Source of the DNA: Thelocarpon superellum
Taxonomy: Eukaryota
DNA: 64,000 nt
Direction of reading: 5' to 3'
Assembly (NCBI GenBank): GCA_026025795.1
Contig: JAPEUG010000024.1
Location: 1-64,000, forward strand
In this document: positions 22,084 to 36,396 of the stretch, piece by piece
How the letters are laid out: the number at the start of each line of letters is the position of its first letter
Numbering within the stretch: position 1 is the stretch's first letter
The notes under the pieces: model-generated
The model's input: the letters and a program-made list of their open reading frames with translations, nothing else
Database searches by the model: none
What the model was told of the DNA's origin: nothing
Translations under genes and position numbers: made by a program

Positions 22084-24290
22084 TTACTCGTCCATCACCG
22101 AAGCAAACTTCTCCGTCATCTCCTGCATCAACTGCTCGTACTAGGAGCCAGTGAGCAAGACGACGCCGATGCGTGGGGGGGAGTACGAACCTTCTGGCTG
22201 ATCTTGTCCTCGCCCTCATCGGGGATCTCAAACTTCATGCTGCGCAGGCGGGACTGGATGTCGCTCGTGGCCTCGCGCACCTTGCTCCAGCTCTGACCCG
22301 CCGACACGGCCTTCTGACTCTCGTCGTGGAAGGCCATCATGGCCTTCATCATCCACTCCGTCTTCCACAACGGGCAGAACTGGTCGTACGCGCTGTAGCC
22401 ATTCTGCTGCAAGAAGTCGTCCTTGAGCAGGCTCGCCACATCCAGCGTGATCTTATCCGGATCCGAGAGGGCGGACTTGCCCACGAGCTGCACCACTTGG
22501 TCGAGCTCCTCCGAGTCCGACAGCAGCGCCTTGATGCGATTGCGGAGCCGCGGGAAGTCCGGGTAGACCTTCTCGTAGTACTTATCCAGAATGTTGGTAT
22601 ACTTGCTGTAGCTCTGCGACGTGTTGACGGAGGGAAAGTGCTTGCGCTGCGCCAGCTTCTTGTCCAGGCCCCAGAAGACCTGCACGATGCCGAGCGTGCT
22701 GCTGGTCACCGGATCGGAGAAGTCTCCGCCGGGCGGGCTGACCGCCCCGACGATGCTGACGCTGCCCTCGCGCTCGGGGCTCCCCAGCGCCGTCACCTTG
22801 CCCGAGCGCTCGTAGAAGCTGGCGAGCTTGGCCCCTAAATAGGCGGGAAAGCCCTGGTCCGCCGGCATCTCGCCCAGCCGGCCCGAGATCTCGCGCAGCG
22901 CCTCGGCCCAGCGCGAGGTGGAGTCGGCCATCATCGCCACGTTCTTGCCCTGGTCCCGGAAGTACTCGGCCACGGTGATGCCGGTGTAGATGGAGGCCTC
23001 TCGCGCCGCCACCGGCATGTTGGACGTGTTGGCGATCAGCGTCGTCCGCTTCATGATGGGCTCGCGACGGCCGTCGATTTCGATGGAGAGCTCGGGGAAG
23101 TCCATCAGCACCTCCGCCATCTCGTTGCCCCGCTCGCCGCACCCGACGTAGATGATGATGTCGCTGTTGGAGAACTTGGACACGCTCTGGCTGATGACCG
23201 TCTTGCCACAGCCAAACGCGCCGGGGATCGCCACCGTCCCCCCCTGCACGCTTGGGAACAACGCATCCAGCACACGTTGGCCGACGATGAAGGGCGCGTC
23301 CGAGGCGAGCTTCTCGTTGACCGGCCGCGGCACTCGCACGGGCCAGGTGTGCATCATGCTGTACTCGAGCGTTTTCCCGTCAAACTCCACCTCCAGCACC
23401 TTCTCGTCCACGGTATAGCTACCCTTCTCCGCAATCCGCGTGATGGTACCCCGCGCCCGCGGCGGCAGCAGGATGTTGTGCTGCGAGAGCAAAGAGTTCT
23501 CGAACACGCTCCCGAAGATGTCTCCGCCGGTGATATGATCTCCCACCTTGAGCTTGCCCGGGGTGAAGTCCCACTTGCTCTCGCGACTGAGTGCCGGTGC
23601 CGCGATGCCGCGCGGGATATAGATGCTGTCGGACATGGTGGCAATGGCCTTCAGTGGCCGCTGGATCCCATCATAGATGGTCTCCATCAATCCCGGGCCC
23701 AGCTCCACCGACAGCGGTTTGCCCGTCCGCACCACCGGATCGCCGACGGTGACACCAGCTACAAGACCAAGACCCTGGTTAGGACTGCGGCATGCCAAGA
23801 TGGACGCACAGTGGGCAGAAGACATACCCGTCTCTTCGTAGACTTGCACCGTCGCCTTGTCGGCGTCGATCCGAATCACTTCGCCGACGAGGTTATCGTG
23901 GCCCACACGGACCTGTCCGCCAAGTACATGGTGTCAGCCAAGGGCCAGCCACCGAGGAGAGACATGGTCATATCGACGTACCAGCTCGTACATGGCACAC
24001 CCGATCATGTTCTCGGCCACGACGACGGGTCTGCAAGAGTTTAGTGTCTCGTGTCCCCGGCAAACCCATGCCTGCTCCGTCGGCACACGCACCCGGACAC
24101 CGAGAAGATGGAGCCTGTCACCGGCCTGTCAACACACAATAGCCATGAGGTAGCTGGGTGCTGGGGAGCACGGTCGCTCACCATATTGATCCTCCCCGGC
24201 TTCTTCCTGCTTTCGCTTCGTATTCTGTGTCTTGATGTCAGCTCTCCCCCCTAATGTTCGAGGCGGTCGCGAGGATTGTACCGGCGCCAT
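22084..24290 (-). CDS. VMA1: V-type H+-ATPase catalytic subunit A, no intein; several short 5' exons
   Basis: P-loop [45 protein letters not shown]; 5' exons MAP|..|[24 protein letters not shown]; last exon [18 protein letters not shown]. Confidence 0.97.
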
Positions 24291-24781
24291 CGAATTTCTG
24301 CGGCACGACCAGCGAATGCGGTGGTCTCGGGAGTGGAGGACGAGGGAGACTGTGGTGGGGGCGGAGGGGCAGTTGGCAGTGGGATGCTCAGCGGGAGAGC
24401 AAGGTCGACGAGCTCCGGCTCTTTGTCCCTACCGCCCTCCGACAAGGAGTAAGCGAGTTCTCGACAGCTGATCGACCCGTGGACGCGAATTCAAATCCAA
24501 CAGCAACGGCCGAGTAATCAGACGGGGCCGTCGTCCGAGCACACGCTCGAGCTGATGCTCGCCGAGTGACGTTGACGGTCGACCGGCGGAAGGTTGAGTG
24601 GGGGCAGGAATCGGTCGATTTTGGAACTACGGGCCAGCATGAGCCCGTATTACCAGCCGCTCGTTCGTCGCCCTGCCCGGCCACAAATGGATCCCCGATC
24701 TGGCACCTCACATTGTGAAATGCCCCCCAGGCTCCGGCATCAAGGCATCCCTCCGTGTTCAAGGCCCATTGAGTAGTTAGA

Positions 24782-26482
24782 ATGTCTACGGGCTCCGCCA
24801 TGATGGACTGGATTTCTGCGGGGCACTGGGCGTCTCCAAGGCTTCTCCCACTGAGCGTCGCCGTTCTCGCCGTCGGAGTGGGCTACCTGCTACTACGACT
24901 GAGACGATACCGCTCGCGCTTCACGGACCTCGTAAGTCTGGATCTGGATGGCTTCTTACCTGATCATGGCCACGGACGTGACCGCTGACCAAGGATGCAG
25001 CCGGGCCCACCGCACAGCTTCTGGCTGGGCCATATCCCCACCATGGCCAAGGTCGCCCCACGCTTCCCAGCGAGTATTCACCCCCATGTGATGATGGCGG
25101 ACCTCGAACGCAAACACAACTTCGGCCCACTCTGGTTCCTCGACACTTGGCCCATCTCCAAGGATCCCCAGATGATCATCTCCGATCCGACCATCGCCCG
25201 CCAGGTGGCGCAATCACGACCGCTGGGCAAGCATCCCATCGTCGACCAATATGTCGGCCATATCACCGGGCCGACCAGCATCTTGACGAGCAACGGGGAA
25301 GAATGGCGCAAAGTCCGGGCCCTGTTCAATCCCGCCTTCGCGCTGTCGCATCTCATGACCCTGTCCGGTACCATCGTCGACCACACCCTCACCTTCTGTG
25401 CCAGTCTGGAAGAACACGCTGCGCGCGGCGATATCTTCCTGCTGGAGGATCTGACGACGCGCTTGACCATCGACGTCATTGGCTGTGTCGTGCTCGATGC
25501 TGATCTACAAGCGCAGCGCGCGGAGAACCCGCTGGTCACCGCCTTTAGACGCTCGATCTACTGGACCCCAAAGGCGTCTGAAGTCAACCCGCTCGTGAAC
25601 CTCAACCCGATGCGGCCGCTGGTGACGTGGTGGTATGGGCGGCAGATGGATCGTCTCTTGGGCCAGATGCTCGACGAGCGTGCTGCGAAACGAGCCAGCG
25701 GGGCTACGGTAGGCCGCAAGACGGCCATCGACCTGGCGCTGGACGCGCAGCAGGGCTCGGCCGTGGACCCGGCTATCCGACAGCAGGCCATCGACCAGTT
25801 CAAGACCTTTGTCTTTGCAGGCCACGACACGACCAGTAGCACCATCTCCTACGTGTTCTATCTGCTCTCGCTGCACCCAGATTGCCTGGCCAGGACGCGC
25901 GCCGAGCATGACCAGGTCTTCGGCTCCGATCTCGTTCAGAGTGCGGAGCGGATCCGGGCCACGCCGCACCTTCTCAACCAGCTCCCCTACACGCTCGCCG
26001 TCATCAAAGAGACGCTGCGCATGTTTCCGGTCGCGGATGGCATTCGTGGGGGCGAGAAAGGATACGACGTCACACTCGATGGGAAGCGCTACTCGACTGC
26101 AGGGTTCATGATCATGATCAACCATTATGCGCTGATGCATCGTGAGGATCTCTTTCCCCAGCCCTTCGAATTCCACCCCGATCGCTTTCTCGCGCCCCGG
26201 CCCGCAACCTCGCCACAGATCTTTGACATCCCCAAGGATGCGTGGCGCCCTTTCGAGAAGGGGCCCCGTGCCTGCATCGGGCAGGAGCTAGCCTTGTTGG
26301 AGATGAAGATCATCATGGTTCTGACTCTCCGGCGCTTTGACGTCACGGCGGCCTATGATGATTGGGATCGACAACACGGCGGCCCAGGGCCCGTCGTCGA
26401 TGGATTTCGAAGCTACCAGATCCTCGTGTCGTCCGCGAAGCCGTGTGAGGAAATGCCTGCACGAGTGCGCAAGCGACACTAA
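24782..26482 (+). CDS. Cytochrome P450 monooxygenase; intron about 24932-25000
   Basis: N-terminal membrane anchor, PGPPH hinge, AGHDTT I-helix, ETLR, PDRF, heme motif FEKGPRACIG. Confidence 0.95.
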
Positions 26483-29143
26483 ACCGCGCCCGTCTCCAGA
26501 CTCGCTTGTGGGTAGAGCAGGCCCAGCCGTCGGAAGATCCAGAACATCAGCTATGATCACAGGTCTTGCCCTTTGTATAGGAACTCAAATTCCAACGATA
26601 TGGAGCCCTCTAACCAGTAATCATCTAGCAGGCAGAACCTTTATCGTGTAGCGCCTCAACCCCCAGAATACATGGCAACCCAAGAACCGCTTCTACACGA
26701 AAGTTCCATATCTGGCTGGTCTCCCGATGATGGCTTATGCTTGCATTGAAGCCGACAATGGATACCTTCCAAGGTACCCATCGCGGTTGACGACGTCGGT
26801 CGTCGACCTTGATTATTGAATCACTAGAGGGAAAGCTGTGTACATCTTCGTTCTTCAAACCTGATCCGCTCACTCGAAAGTGCGCGTCGGCTGCAGCAAA
26901 AAGCGCCCCTTGCACCCACCAACGAGAGACCGAACGGCGACTGCCGCCCCGTCGTGTCGACCCTTCACCACCTCAGGCATGGGCCGGCATCCGCCGTCTC
27001 GCTTCCTGGGAGACAAGTCGACAGTCGGGGGCACGTGGGTGGGACAGCCTCTCGATGGAGAGGACTGCTCAAAATCAGCCGTGATCTAGAAATTTTCCGT
27101 TTTCAGCGCCTTTCAGGGCTTTCGGGGGCTTGTACTGCTCCAGAACAGATCGTAAATACGAGGATGAGCAAACGTGGTCCTGGAGCGAAGCACGCAGCTC
27201 CCGAGTCAACGCGAGAGTGGCGCTGCGCCCAAGGACCCGGGCGAGCATGGCCGACTCGAGGAGCGGGAGCAAGTCTCGGTTGGTCATCAGCCCCAGCGTG
27301 ATCACTGCACGCGGCTTTTCCCGAGCCAGTCCTTAGCCAGCTCCTAGCTGGTACGCTGGAGTCTCCTTGCCGCCAGCGTTGCTCAAATGACCCGCCAGGA
27401 TCCGAGAAGGGTAATGAACCCCTCCGAGCGAACGTCTCTTGACTCGGTCCCGTCGTCCGGCACACATTGGCTCCGTCACCCATCCCCGCCTCGGGGCGGC
27501 GTCTGACGGTGCGTCTTTATTCACGAGCATCACGACGAAGGATCGCGGGGAGCTGGGGAAATGGAGAATTGGGCCGTTAGGGGGATTTCGGGGGCAGAGG
27601 GCTCCACTGGGACCTCGTACGACCTACGGAGCCGGACCATACTCGTGCTGCTTCCAGGAGCCCGATAGGCTTATCTGCGGGCGCCTCGCCACCGGCAGTC
27701 CAGTTATTGGCCTGGCCACCGTGCGTCTGGCCACTAACATCTTCCGTACGAAGGGCTGCTTAGCACCAACTCTGCCAGTATGACCCGGACGCGCAATGCC
27801 GTCTCGCAGCAGGGTAGCTCGTCGGCTCTGCGAGCCAAGGCAGCCTGGGCTACTGTCGCCATCATCCGTCCGACTTGCTACGGCATATGATTGTATGGAA
27901 CGTGGGGCTATTCGGGGTACCGTCCTTCACTTCCCCTGTCGTGGAGCGTCACTGCGACTCGAGCAAGGTCCGACAGGCAAGCAAGTGCAAGGTCCGCGGG
28001 AGCGAGTTGTAGGAGCATAAGAGTAACATAGAGTGCGCCGAGAGCCAGGCGGTGCAGGGCGAGCTACTTCGTACGCAGGAGGTGCGGAGCCAGACGACAG
28101 ACAGACTTCGTACTATCGTACGCCAAGTCAGACGCTGATCGTCGCCTCCCCACGTTCATGACCTCGACTCATCAAACGCATATCTTGTGACGTCCGTTTT
28201 CCACGCTCCGCCCCAGCATGCCCTCGCTCCCCTTTCCGTAACGATTACCTGCCCACTCCACAAAATCTCTCTCCGCCTCTCACCCACCGCCTCACCACCG
28301 AGCTCAATTCTTGTAGCATTCGCGTCCCCGCCTCGGTGGTAGCTGCCAGAGCTTCTCCCAGTGACCAGGCACGGTCGTGATCGACCCGTGGCCAACCAAG
28401 CGACGACCCAACGTCCGACGACCCCTCCGCCGACCCTCAGCGTGCGGGCAGTAACCCCAACAACACACGCTCACGACCACGACCACGCCCGGGGCGTGAG
28501 CAGCTTCAGTCGCCTTGCATCGCAGCGGTCATCGCCTGTGACAGCGTCCATGTCGATGTGCACGTCGTCGTAGCTGTCGACAAACGCTGAGGTCACCCTC
28601 GTCCGCCACCCGCCCGCCACCACCATCCGACACGTCCACCCGAGTCGCTCTGAGCCAGCTTGGCACCGCGGACGTCCTTCGACTGGACGTGTCGATCTCG
28701 AACGCGGTTCGCGAGGTCCCTAGAGCGTCTCTGGGGGGCCTCCGAGCACTTTCGCCCTGGCCAGCGAACCCCCCCGCGACCACCTTGCCGCAGTCCCTTC
28801 CGAAGACTTGCTCCATAGCACCCCGCCCATCGACCCCGCCCTTTCCGCCCGGGCGGCCTCGACGTCTGCTCCCGACCCGCACCCAACCGCCCCCGCCCTC
28901 CCGTCGCCGCGGCTGGTCACCCGATCCAGCCGTCGCCGGCGTCGGAGCCCGTCCCCGTCCACGCCTCCGCCTCCCGAGCTTCCCTCGACCGCCAGTCTCG
29001 CCGCGGCGAGCTCGTACCGTCTCGACGGACGCGCCGGTCTCCGCGTACGCGGACCGAGTCAGCCGCTGGGTGGATCTGACGTGGGTCTGGCCGAGGGAGA
29101 TAGTCGTCCCCCCGATCGTAAGCGCAGGCGCCTGGTCGGCAGG

Positions 29144-31320
29144 ATGCGACTCAGTTCCGACCCCTCTGCGGCTCATTCGCCCTCGTCGCCTCCCCTTGCG
29201 CCCGATTCCTCGCTCTCGCCCTTGCACAAAGCCGCGCGGTCCAGCTCCACAAACGGTACGGGGCCCGCCAACTCGGCCACAAATGGCTCGGCCCACCCGA
29301 CGACCAATGGCGCCAAGGGCGTGGAGAGACGCGTGGCGGACTATTATGGGCATGACCGAGAGGAAGTGACGCGGATCCTGATCCAGAGCCTCCATGATCT
29401 GGGCTACTCAAACGCCGCGGCGACCTTGGGCCGGGAAAGCGGATTCGAACTCGAGAGTGCCACGGTCGCTGCCTTTCGGAACGCCGTGCTCCACGGGGAG
29501 TGGGGCGAGGCGGAAGGACTCTTGTTCGGTCCCGAGAGCACAGACGAAGAGCGGGACGGAGAGCGGAACGGCGGCGTGGCCCTGCAGAATGGGCACGGTC
29601 CCATGGGCGCCGGCTTTGTGCTCGCGCCCGGTGCGGACCGGAAGGAGATGCTCTTCTTGATGCGAGAGCAAAAATTTCTTGAGCTCCTCGAGAAGCGCGA
29701 TCTCGGGAGTGCCTTGATGGTCCTCCGCCAAGAGCTCACGCCACTGCACCAAGACACCGCGAAGCTACATGGTCTCTCATGGTGAGCGCACGGCTGCGGC
29801 CCCACGCGCCTCTCCCTCTCTCGGGCGTGTGAAGACACTGACGTCGTCCAACAGTCTGATTATGTGCCAATCTGCCGAAGACCTCAAGTACCAAGCCGAG
29901 TGGGATGGTGCCGCGGGCCAGTCTCGACGCAAGTTGCTCACCGAACTATCCAGTACGTGCGCTCTTCCGATGCGTGCGCATCGATGCGGTGGCGTGAGCT
30001 GGTTGACGAACGTGACGGTAGCATCCATCTCGCCGTCGGTGATGATCTCCGACCATCGCTTGGCCACGCTCCTGGACCAGGTCAAACAGAATCAGATCTC
30101 CAATTGCATGTACCATAACACCGCGACCTCTCCCTCCTTATACTCTGATCACCTGTGTGACCGCGGACAATTCCCTCAGCGCACCGTGCTCGAGCTCGAT
30201 CGGCATGCGGACGAGGTGTGGTTCCTCGAGTTCTCGCACGATGGATCGCTCCTGGCGACGACCGGACGCGATCGCAAGGTCATCATCTACGACGTGGCCT
30301 CGTTCGAGGTCCTGCATACGTTGTACGAACATGAAGACGGGGTTACCTACGTCGCCTGGAGTCCAGACGACACCAAGCTCGTGAGCTGCTCGCAAGATCG
30401 CCGCGCGCGCCTGTGGGACGTCCAGGTAGCAGCCCTCTACGCTCCGCTGTCCGCTCCCGCCTGGGCTAATCTTCCTCTTCCCACAGTCGGGCCGGTTACT
30501 GCTGACGATCGATCATCACAGTCTCCCCGTCACGACGTGCTCGTGGGCCCCCGACGGCCAGACCTTCGTGACCGGGTCGCATGACCTCGCGTCGGCGCTT
30601 TGCCTGTGGAACGTCACCGGCGATCGACTGCACGGATGGTCGGGGGAATTCAGGGTGCAGGACTGCAGCATTACGCCGGACGGGTCACGACTCGTGGCGA
30701 TCTCGACGCCGACGGAGAAGAAGATCTTCGTGTACGACCTGAAGAGCCGAGAGGAAGAGTACAGCATGGTGTTGAAAGTCGACCTGACGTGCGTCAGCAT
30801 CACGCGCGACTCGCGCTTCATGTTGATCAACCGCGCGGATAACGAGGTCCAACTACTCGACATTGGTACGGGCGAAGTGGCGCGACGCTTCCTGGGTCAA
30901 AAACAGGGCAACTTTGTCATCCGGAGTCGACTCGGGGGCGCGGCCGAGAACTTCGTCATCAGCGGCAGCGAAGGTGCGTGATGCGGGACTGGACCTCCTC
31001 GTCTGACGATGGCGAGGCTGACGCGGGAATAGATTCCCGGATCTACATCTGGCACAAGGAGAATGGTACGTTGGTCGAGACGCTGGAGGGGCACAAGTCC
31101 GGTTGTGTCAACGCGGTCTCGTGGAGCCCCACGGACCCGTGCATGTTCGCGTCGGCGGGCGATGACCACAAAGTGCGAATGTAAGTGCGGTCGAGCCATT
31201 CGCGCCCTGTTTGTCGCCCGGGACGCATGGACGAAGACTGACGGGGAGGCTCGCAGTTGGAGCAACGGGACGGCGCCCTCGGGGCGATGGAACCGAGGCA
31301 CCAATGGGTTCGCCCGATGA
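29144..31320 (+). CDS. LisH/CTLH-WD40 protein, WDR26/Gid7-like (GID/CTLH E3 ligase); 5 introns; start may lie further upstream
   Basis: YGHDREEVTRILIQSLHDLGY, EQKFLELLE, RLATLLDQ, HADEVWFLEFSHDG and SGSE|DSRIYIWH motifs. Confidence 0.9.
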
Positions 31321-32592
31321 CCGGCTTCCATCCCGTCACGCGTCCCGTGTAGACGAGCATGACCTGTGCACTCCGGGACATCCTCCCGGCGGGGTAGGAC
31401 AGGAGGGGGGAGGGTGGAGAGACCCAGGCCAATGCATCGATCCGGCGCTCGGCGACGTTCGCGGGTCTTGCGCCTTCCCTCTCCAGTGACGCGATCCTAC
31501 CTCGCCTACCCGTAGTGCGCCAAGCATCATCACTCTCATCACTTACGACCAGGTCTACATCAACATCTACATCAACTTCCACTTCCCTTCTACCTTCCAC
31601 CCCATCGTGCCGTGGCCTGTGACTGGGAAGCAGGCCAGCTATTCATTGGAGGAGTCTGACCGGACGGGCTGGGCTTGGGTGCAGGGCGATGGCGCATACG
31701 AGATTGCATGTATGTGAGAGAGATAGTCAATCGGTCTTCTGGTCTGTGTCTGGGGAGATGCGTGTGGAAAGCGTGGCCATTGTCGCACCCGTCTTCTTGC
31801 CTTGCCACGAGGAACAGTACAAGTATTTGCCGTGATGGTGGTGGACGAGTACCAGCACAAGTCAGATACTCGGAGCGGAGACCAGAGGGACAAGGCGCTA
31901 ACCACATTATGCACCCAAACGCACGGAATGTGGGAGGCCCCCCACCTGTGGTGCGAGACGCAACGAGGTGTGGAGCACCCCTAATCTGTGGAGCCACCCC
32001 AGGCGGCCGATGACGCGAGCCCCGGGCCAAGCGAGAAACGCGGCCATGGGAAGTGGGTGGTCGTCAGTCACGGTGGAGCTGCGGGGCGGTTGCACCGCAC
32101 CATGTGAATCGGACTGGACGATTGGACGACGCTACGCACCAAGTACCGACCGGTTTGGCCCTTTCCCATCCAACTCGCGTGCGTCAGCACCGCTATCGGG
32201 AATGTATGTTGGTCGGCCCAGGCGCGACCGCAAAAACCGCCACGCCGCGTCGTCCATTGAGACCTGCCCGACGGATCAAGGTCGCTCTCGATGCGCGCCT
32301 GCACCGCCCTAGAAACCTCCACCGTGGCGCCAGATACAGGACTCTTGGAGAGCGGAAGGACCGCGCCCGTCGTGAGTGAATCAGGGCGATTGCGAAGGAT
32401 GCCATCGTGCTGAAGCACTCGGACCATCTTCCCCGCCGCCGTCCGACCTGCCGCGTCTAATCCACTCGAGCCGGACGGGTCGTCCGGTCTCGCTGCGGCC
32501 GGGTGTGTAGCGGCAGATGACGAGGGGCCAATGCATCCCTCTGCAGCGCTTCTTGCACATCTCTTCGCCGAGTGAGCTGCCGCGCGCTGGTC

Positions 32593-35362
32593 ATGTTCGG
32601 CCCGTGGCTGGATACCTTCGAATGGGTGCGGGACAAGCTGCCCAGCGGCGTCGCCCGCCCGCGCCTGAACTTCCTGGTCATCCACTGTGAGTCGGCTCGT
32701 GCCAAGCTATCGTCGGGACATCCCCTAAGTGACATGCTACGCCTCGCAGACATTTACATCCTCATCCTGATGTTCGTGTCCTCGGTCATGATCTACCCCA
32801 ACCAAGGCATCCGCTACATCGACGCGCTGTTTTTTAGCGCCGGCTCAGTCACTCAGAGTGGTCTCAATAGGTAGGACACGCGTCTGTGGGGTGAGTCCCA
32901 AGGGTGCCTGACTGACCATGTCTGTAGTGTGGACGTCAACAAGTTGACGACGTACCAGCAGGTCAGTCTCTCCTCCTCTCCGACCATGTCCGACAACGAC
33001 GCCACCATTGACCCCACCGATTGTATCTAGTTCATCATCTACCTCGTGCCTATGATCTCGAGCCCCATCTTCATCAACGGCTTCGTCGTCTTCGTACGAC
33101 TATACTGGTTCGAGAAGAGCTTTCGTGATATCGTCCGCGGCGCAAGAAGCTACCGCCGCACGCGATCACGCGCCCGCACCGAGACGAAAGATCGGCAGGA
33201 GACGGGCCGGGAAGAGCGAGGGGTCAATGGCCGCATCATCGCCGTCCTGCATCAGCGCCGGAACTCCAATCAAGTGGACCTGGCAAACCCGGATGACAAG
33301 GCGCCCGTGGACGGGGCAAACGGCCCGCCCGCGGGCGGCGAGACACCACAGCGCGAGGAGACCGGTCCCCTCCACCACCGCGACATCACTTTCGCCGACC
33401 AGAGCATTCCAAACATAGCGGCGCGTGCCGTCGCAGACTTTCCGGCCCACCAAACAGCAGAACCGCACATTGCCTTTGTGGAGAAACAACGCCATCCCAA
33501 GGACAAAGGCGTGCTGAGGATTCCAGGGCCGCGCGACTTTGACCGCGGCGACATACCCGAGCCGGTCGAGGACGAAGGCGAGGGCGAGGGCGAGGGCGAG
33601 GGTAAAGGGGACGAGAACCACGCGCGCGATCTGGGCGCGAGCACAGACGAAGCGCGTCACGCCCACTCGCGTGCCAATGATTCGCTCGAGCTCAATGACG
33701 ATGACCACGTGCTCAAGGCGGGCGGTCGGTTGGGTGGCGCCGAGGGTGGCCCGTCCGTGGGCCAGCATTTCCCTCGTCTGCGACTCCGACGACCGGGACG
33801 CATCCGGCGAGCCTCCTCGCTGGCCAGTGGTCTCTCCGATCTTCAGTCGAGCCTGCGAACCCGCGCGAGTAGCTTCCTCCGCACCTCGCCCGCAGACGAT
33901 CCCATCCCTTACCTGAGCTGGACCCCAACGGTGGGACGCAACTCCACCTTCCTGGGCTTGACCGAAGACCAGCGCGAGGAGCTGGGTGGGGTCGAGTATC
34001 GGGCGCTCAAGACCCTGACGCTCATCCTCATGCTCTACTACGTGGGCGTCCATGTGCTTGGAGTCGTCATCCTTCTCCCCTGGATCGTCCGGAGCGCACA
34101 GTACGGGGCCGTGTTGGACGCGGTGTCGCAGTCACGTATCTGGTGGGGCTTCTTCACGCCGGCGTCGTTGTTCAATGACGTAGGCTTCACGCTCACGCCC
34201 GACTCGATGATTTCCTTCCAGCTGGCCGTCTTACCGCTGTTTCTGGGCAGCATCTTGATCGTCATCGGCAACACGGGCTTCCCGTGCATGCTGCGCTTCG
34301 TCATCTGGCTTGCGTCGCTGGTGACGCCGCGCGACGGGGCGGTGTGGGAGGAGCTGCGCTTTCTGCTCGACCACCCGCGACGGTGCTTCACGCTGCTTTT
34401 CCCGAGCCAGGCGACGTGGTGGCTGTTCTGGATCCTCGTGCTCCTCAACGGCCTGGACCTGATCTTCTTCGTCGTGCTCGACCTGAACGATCCCACCGTC
34501 ACGTCGCTCCCGCCCGGCTTTCGCGTGCTGGATGGCATCTTCCAGGCGACGTCGACGCGGACGGCGGGCACCGCGTGCGTGAATCTGTCGTTGCTGCACC
34601 CGGCCATCCAGGTGTCGTACCTGATCATGATGTACATCTCCGTCTTTCCCATCGCCATCTCCATCCGGCGCACCAACGTGTACGAGGAGCAGAGCCTGGG
34701 TGTCTACGCGCCCACGGACGACGAGCACGGGGAGGAGGGGCAGGAGCCCAGCTACGTGGCCGCGCACCTGCGGCGACAGCTCAGCTTCGATCTGTGGTAC
34801 ATCTTCCTGGGCATGTTCGTCATCGCCATCGCCGAGGGGCCGCGGATCCAGGATCCCAATGATCCGGTAAGTGCTCGCGCCTTGGCAAGCGACGTCGCCT
34901 GGCCGTCCGCTCACCAGGCCGGCAGTCCTTCACCCTCTTCAACGTTCTCTTCGAGATCGTGTCGGCCTATGGCACCGTCGGCCTCTCGTTGGGCTATCCC
35001 GGCATCAACGCCTCCTTCTCGGCCGAGTTCACAACGGTGAGCAAGCTCGTCATCGTGGCGATGATGATCCGGGGCCGGCACCGTGGCCTGCCCTACGCCC
35101 TCGACCGCGCGGTTTGTGACCCCATGGACCCAGTGGCGACGCCCTGGCTGGTCATGCTAACGAGGCTCGCGCGCAGATCCTCCTCCCCAGCCAATCGCTG
35201 CAGCAGAAGGAGGAAGACGACTTGCGACGGCGGATGCAACGACGCGCCTCCAACCTCTCCGTCGCCGACCCAGCTGCCGGCCACGACGCTCGGCCTGCCT
35301 CGGGACACCGGCCACACCGCCATGGTGCCGCGGCCCGCCCGTCCAGCGAAAAGGAGCACTAG
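32593..35362 (+). CDS. Trk-family potassium transporter (multi-exon)
   Basis: DALFFSAGSVTQSGLN, ELGGVEYRAL, FNDVGFTLTPDSM, LDHPRRCFTLLFP, STRTAG, SAYGTVGLSLG, RGRHRGLP. Confidence 0.95.
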
Positions 35363-36352
35363 CTTTGGTGGCCACGGCCACGGTCACGGTCGAGGAGGAT
35401 GGTGGGTCGTCTGGGTCTGGTCTGCGTTCTCGTGTGCCAGGGGTGTGGCATGTGCGATGCCGTCTCTGCACGAGATCTGATATCCTCACGGAGGAATGTG
35501 ACGAAAAATGATAGGTCGGCTCCTAGTGGGCGGGGGTGGTGCATTCATATCTCACATTTGGCGCGACCCCACCCTTGTGGGTAGGGGTAGGTCTGCTGTT
35601 GGCCTCGCATCCTGTACATATCGTCATAGCATGGGACGTGGACGTGCAATGTCCAGAGCGGAGGTGGCGTCTGGGGCCGTCAGCGACGAATCAGACGCTT
35701 GGCCGTGGCCCCGTCGTTCTGCGTCGCTTGCGTTGTGTTTTCCCGTCGGTCATTTTCCTCGGATGCTCCGCCGCATCACGTGTGCCCGGTGGCGCTCTGG
35801 CCGCGTCTGGGCCTGTACCATGGCTCCGAAGCACCACAGGAGCGTCGTGACACCCTTACCACTATGTTACTAGCATGGCGCGTCGCCTGCTCGGTCGACG
35901 GCTCTCACGCCCGACTTCCGCTCGGCAGGACCCGATCGTAGTTGTGGGGACAGGCGGTGGTGAGTGGGGCCTGGTTGGGCCGGGTGAAGGCGCAGGTGCT
36001 CGCTGTGATCGGGAACCGTAGCACGAAACATTTCCGACGCCCAGAAACGAGGCAACGACGCACTAACATAGTTCACGCTCGCCCTCCGGCTGTCCCCCGG
36101 TAGCGAAGGACGGGCCGGCCTTGGTGTGAACCTTGAAGGGGGCGCGCGCCATCCGGCAGCTCGGGGAGCGAGGGATGAAAGACGGAGTCGCTAGCGAGAG
36201 GAAGAGAACGAGAAGGAGAGCGAGGCGAGGCCGGGGATCCGTCCTATCGCTGACTATCCGACCAGTCTCATGCAGTAGGGGGAGCGACCCCCTGTCACCA
36301 TCAGAATTTACGGTCGGCAGTGACGGTCGGTGTCCCTCCATGCGCCTGGAAT

Positions 36353-36396
36353 CTGGACTCTGGACTCTGGACTCTGGACTCTGGACTCTGGACTCA
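36353..36396. repeat. (CTGGACT)n heptamer repeat, about 6 copies
   Basis: Direct read. Confidence 0.9.

Noticed and set aside
23130..23160. VMA1 intein (VDE) insertion site
   Set aside because: [11 protein letters not shown] is uninterrupted, so the allele is empty.
3939..26482. Terpene biosynthetic cluster (FPP synthase plus P450)
   Set aside because: The genes are 20 kb apart and separated by housekeeping genes, there is no cyclase, and the FPPS is the primary-metabolism type.
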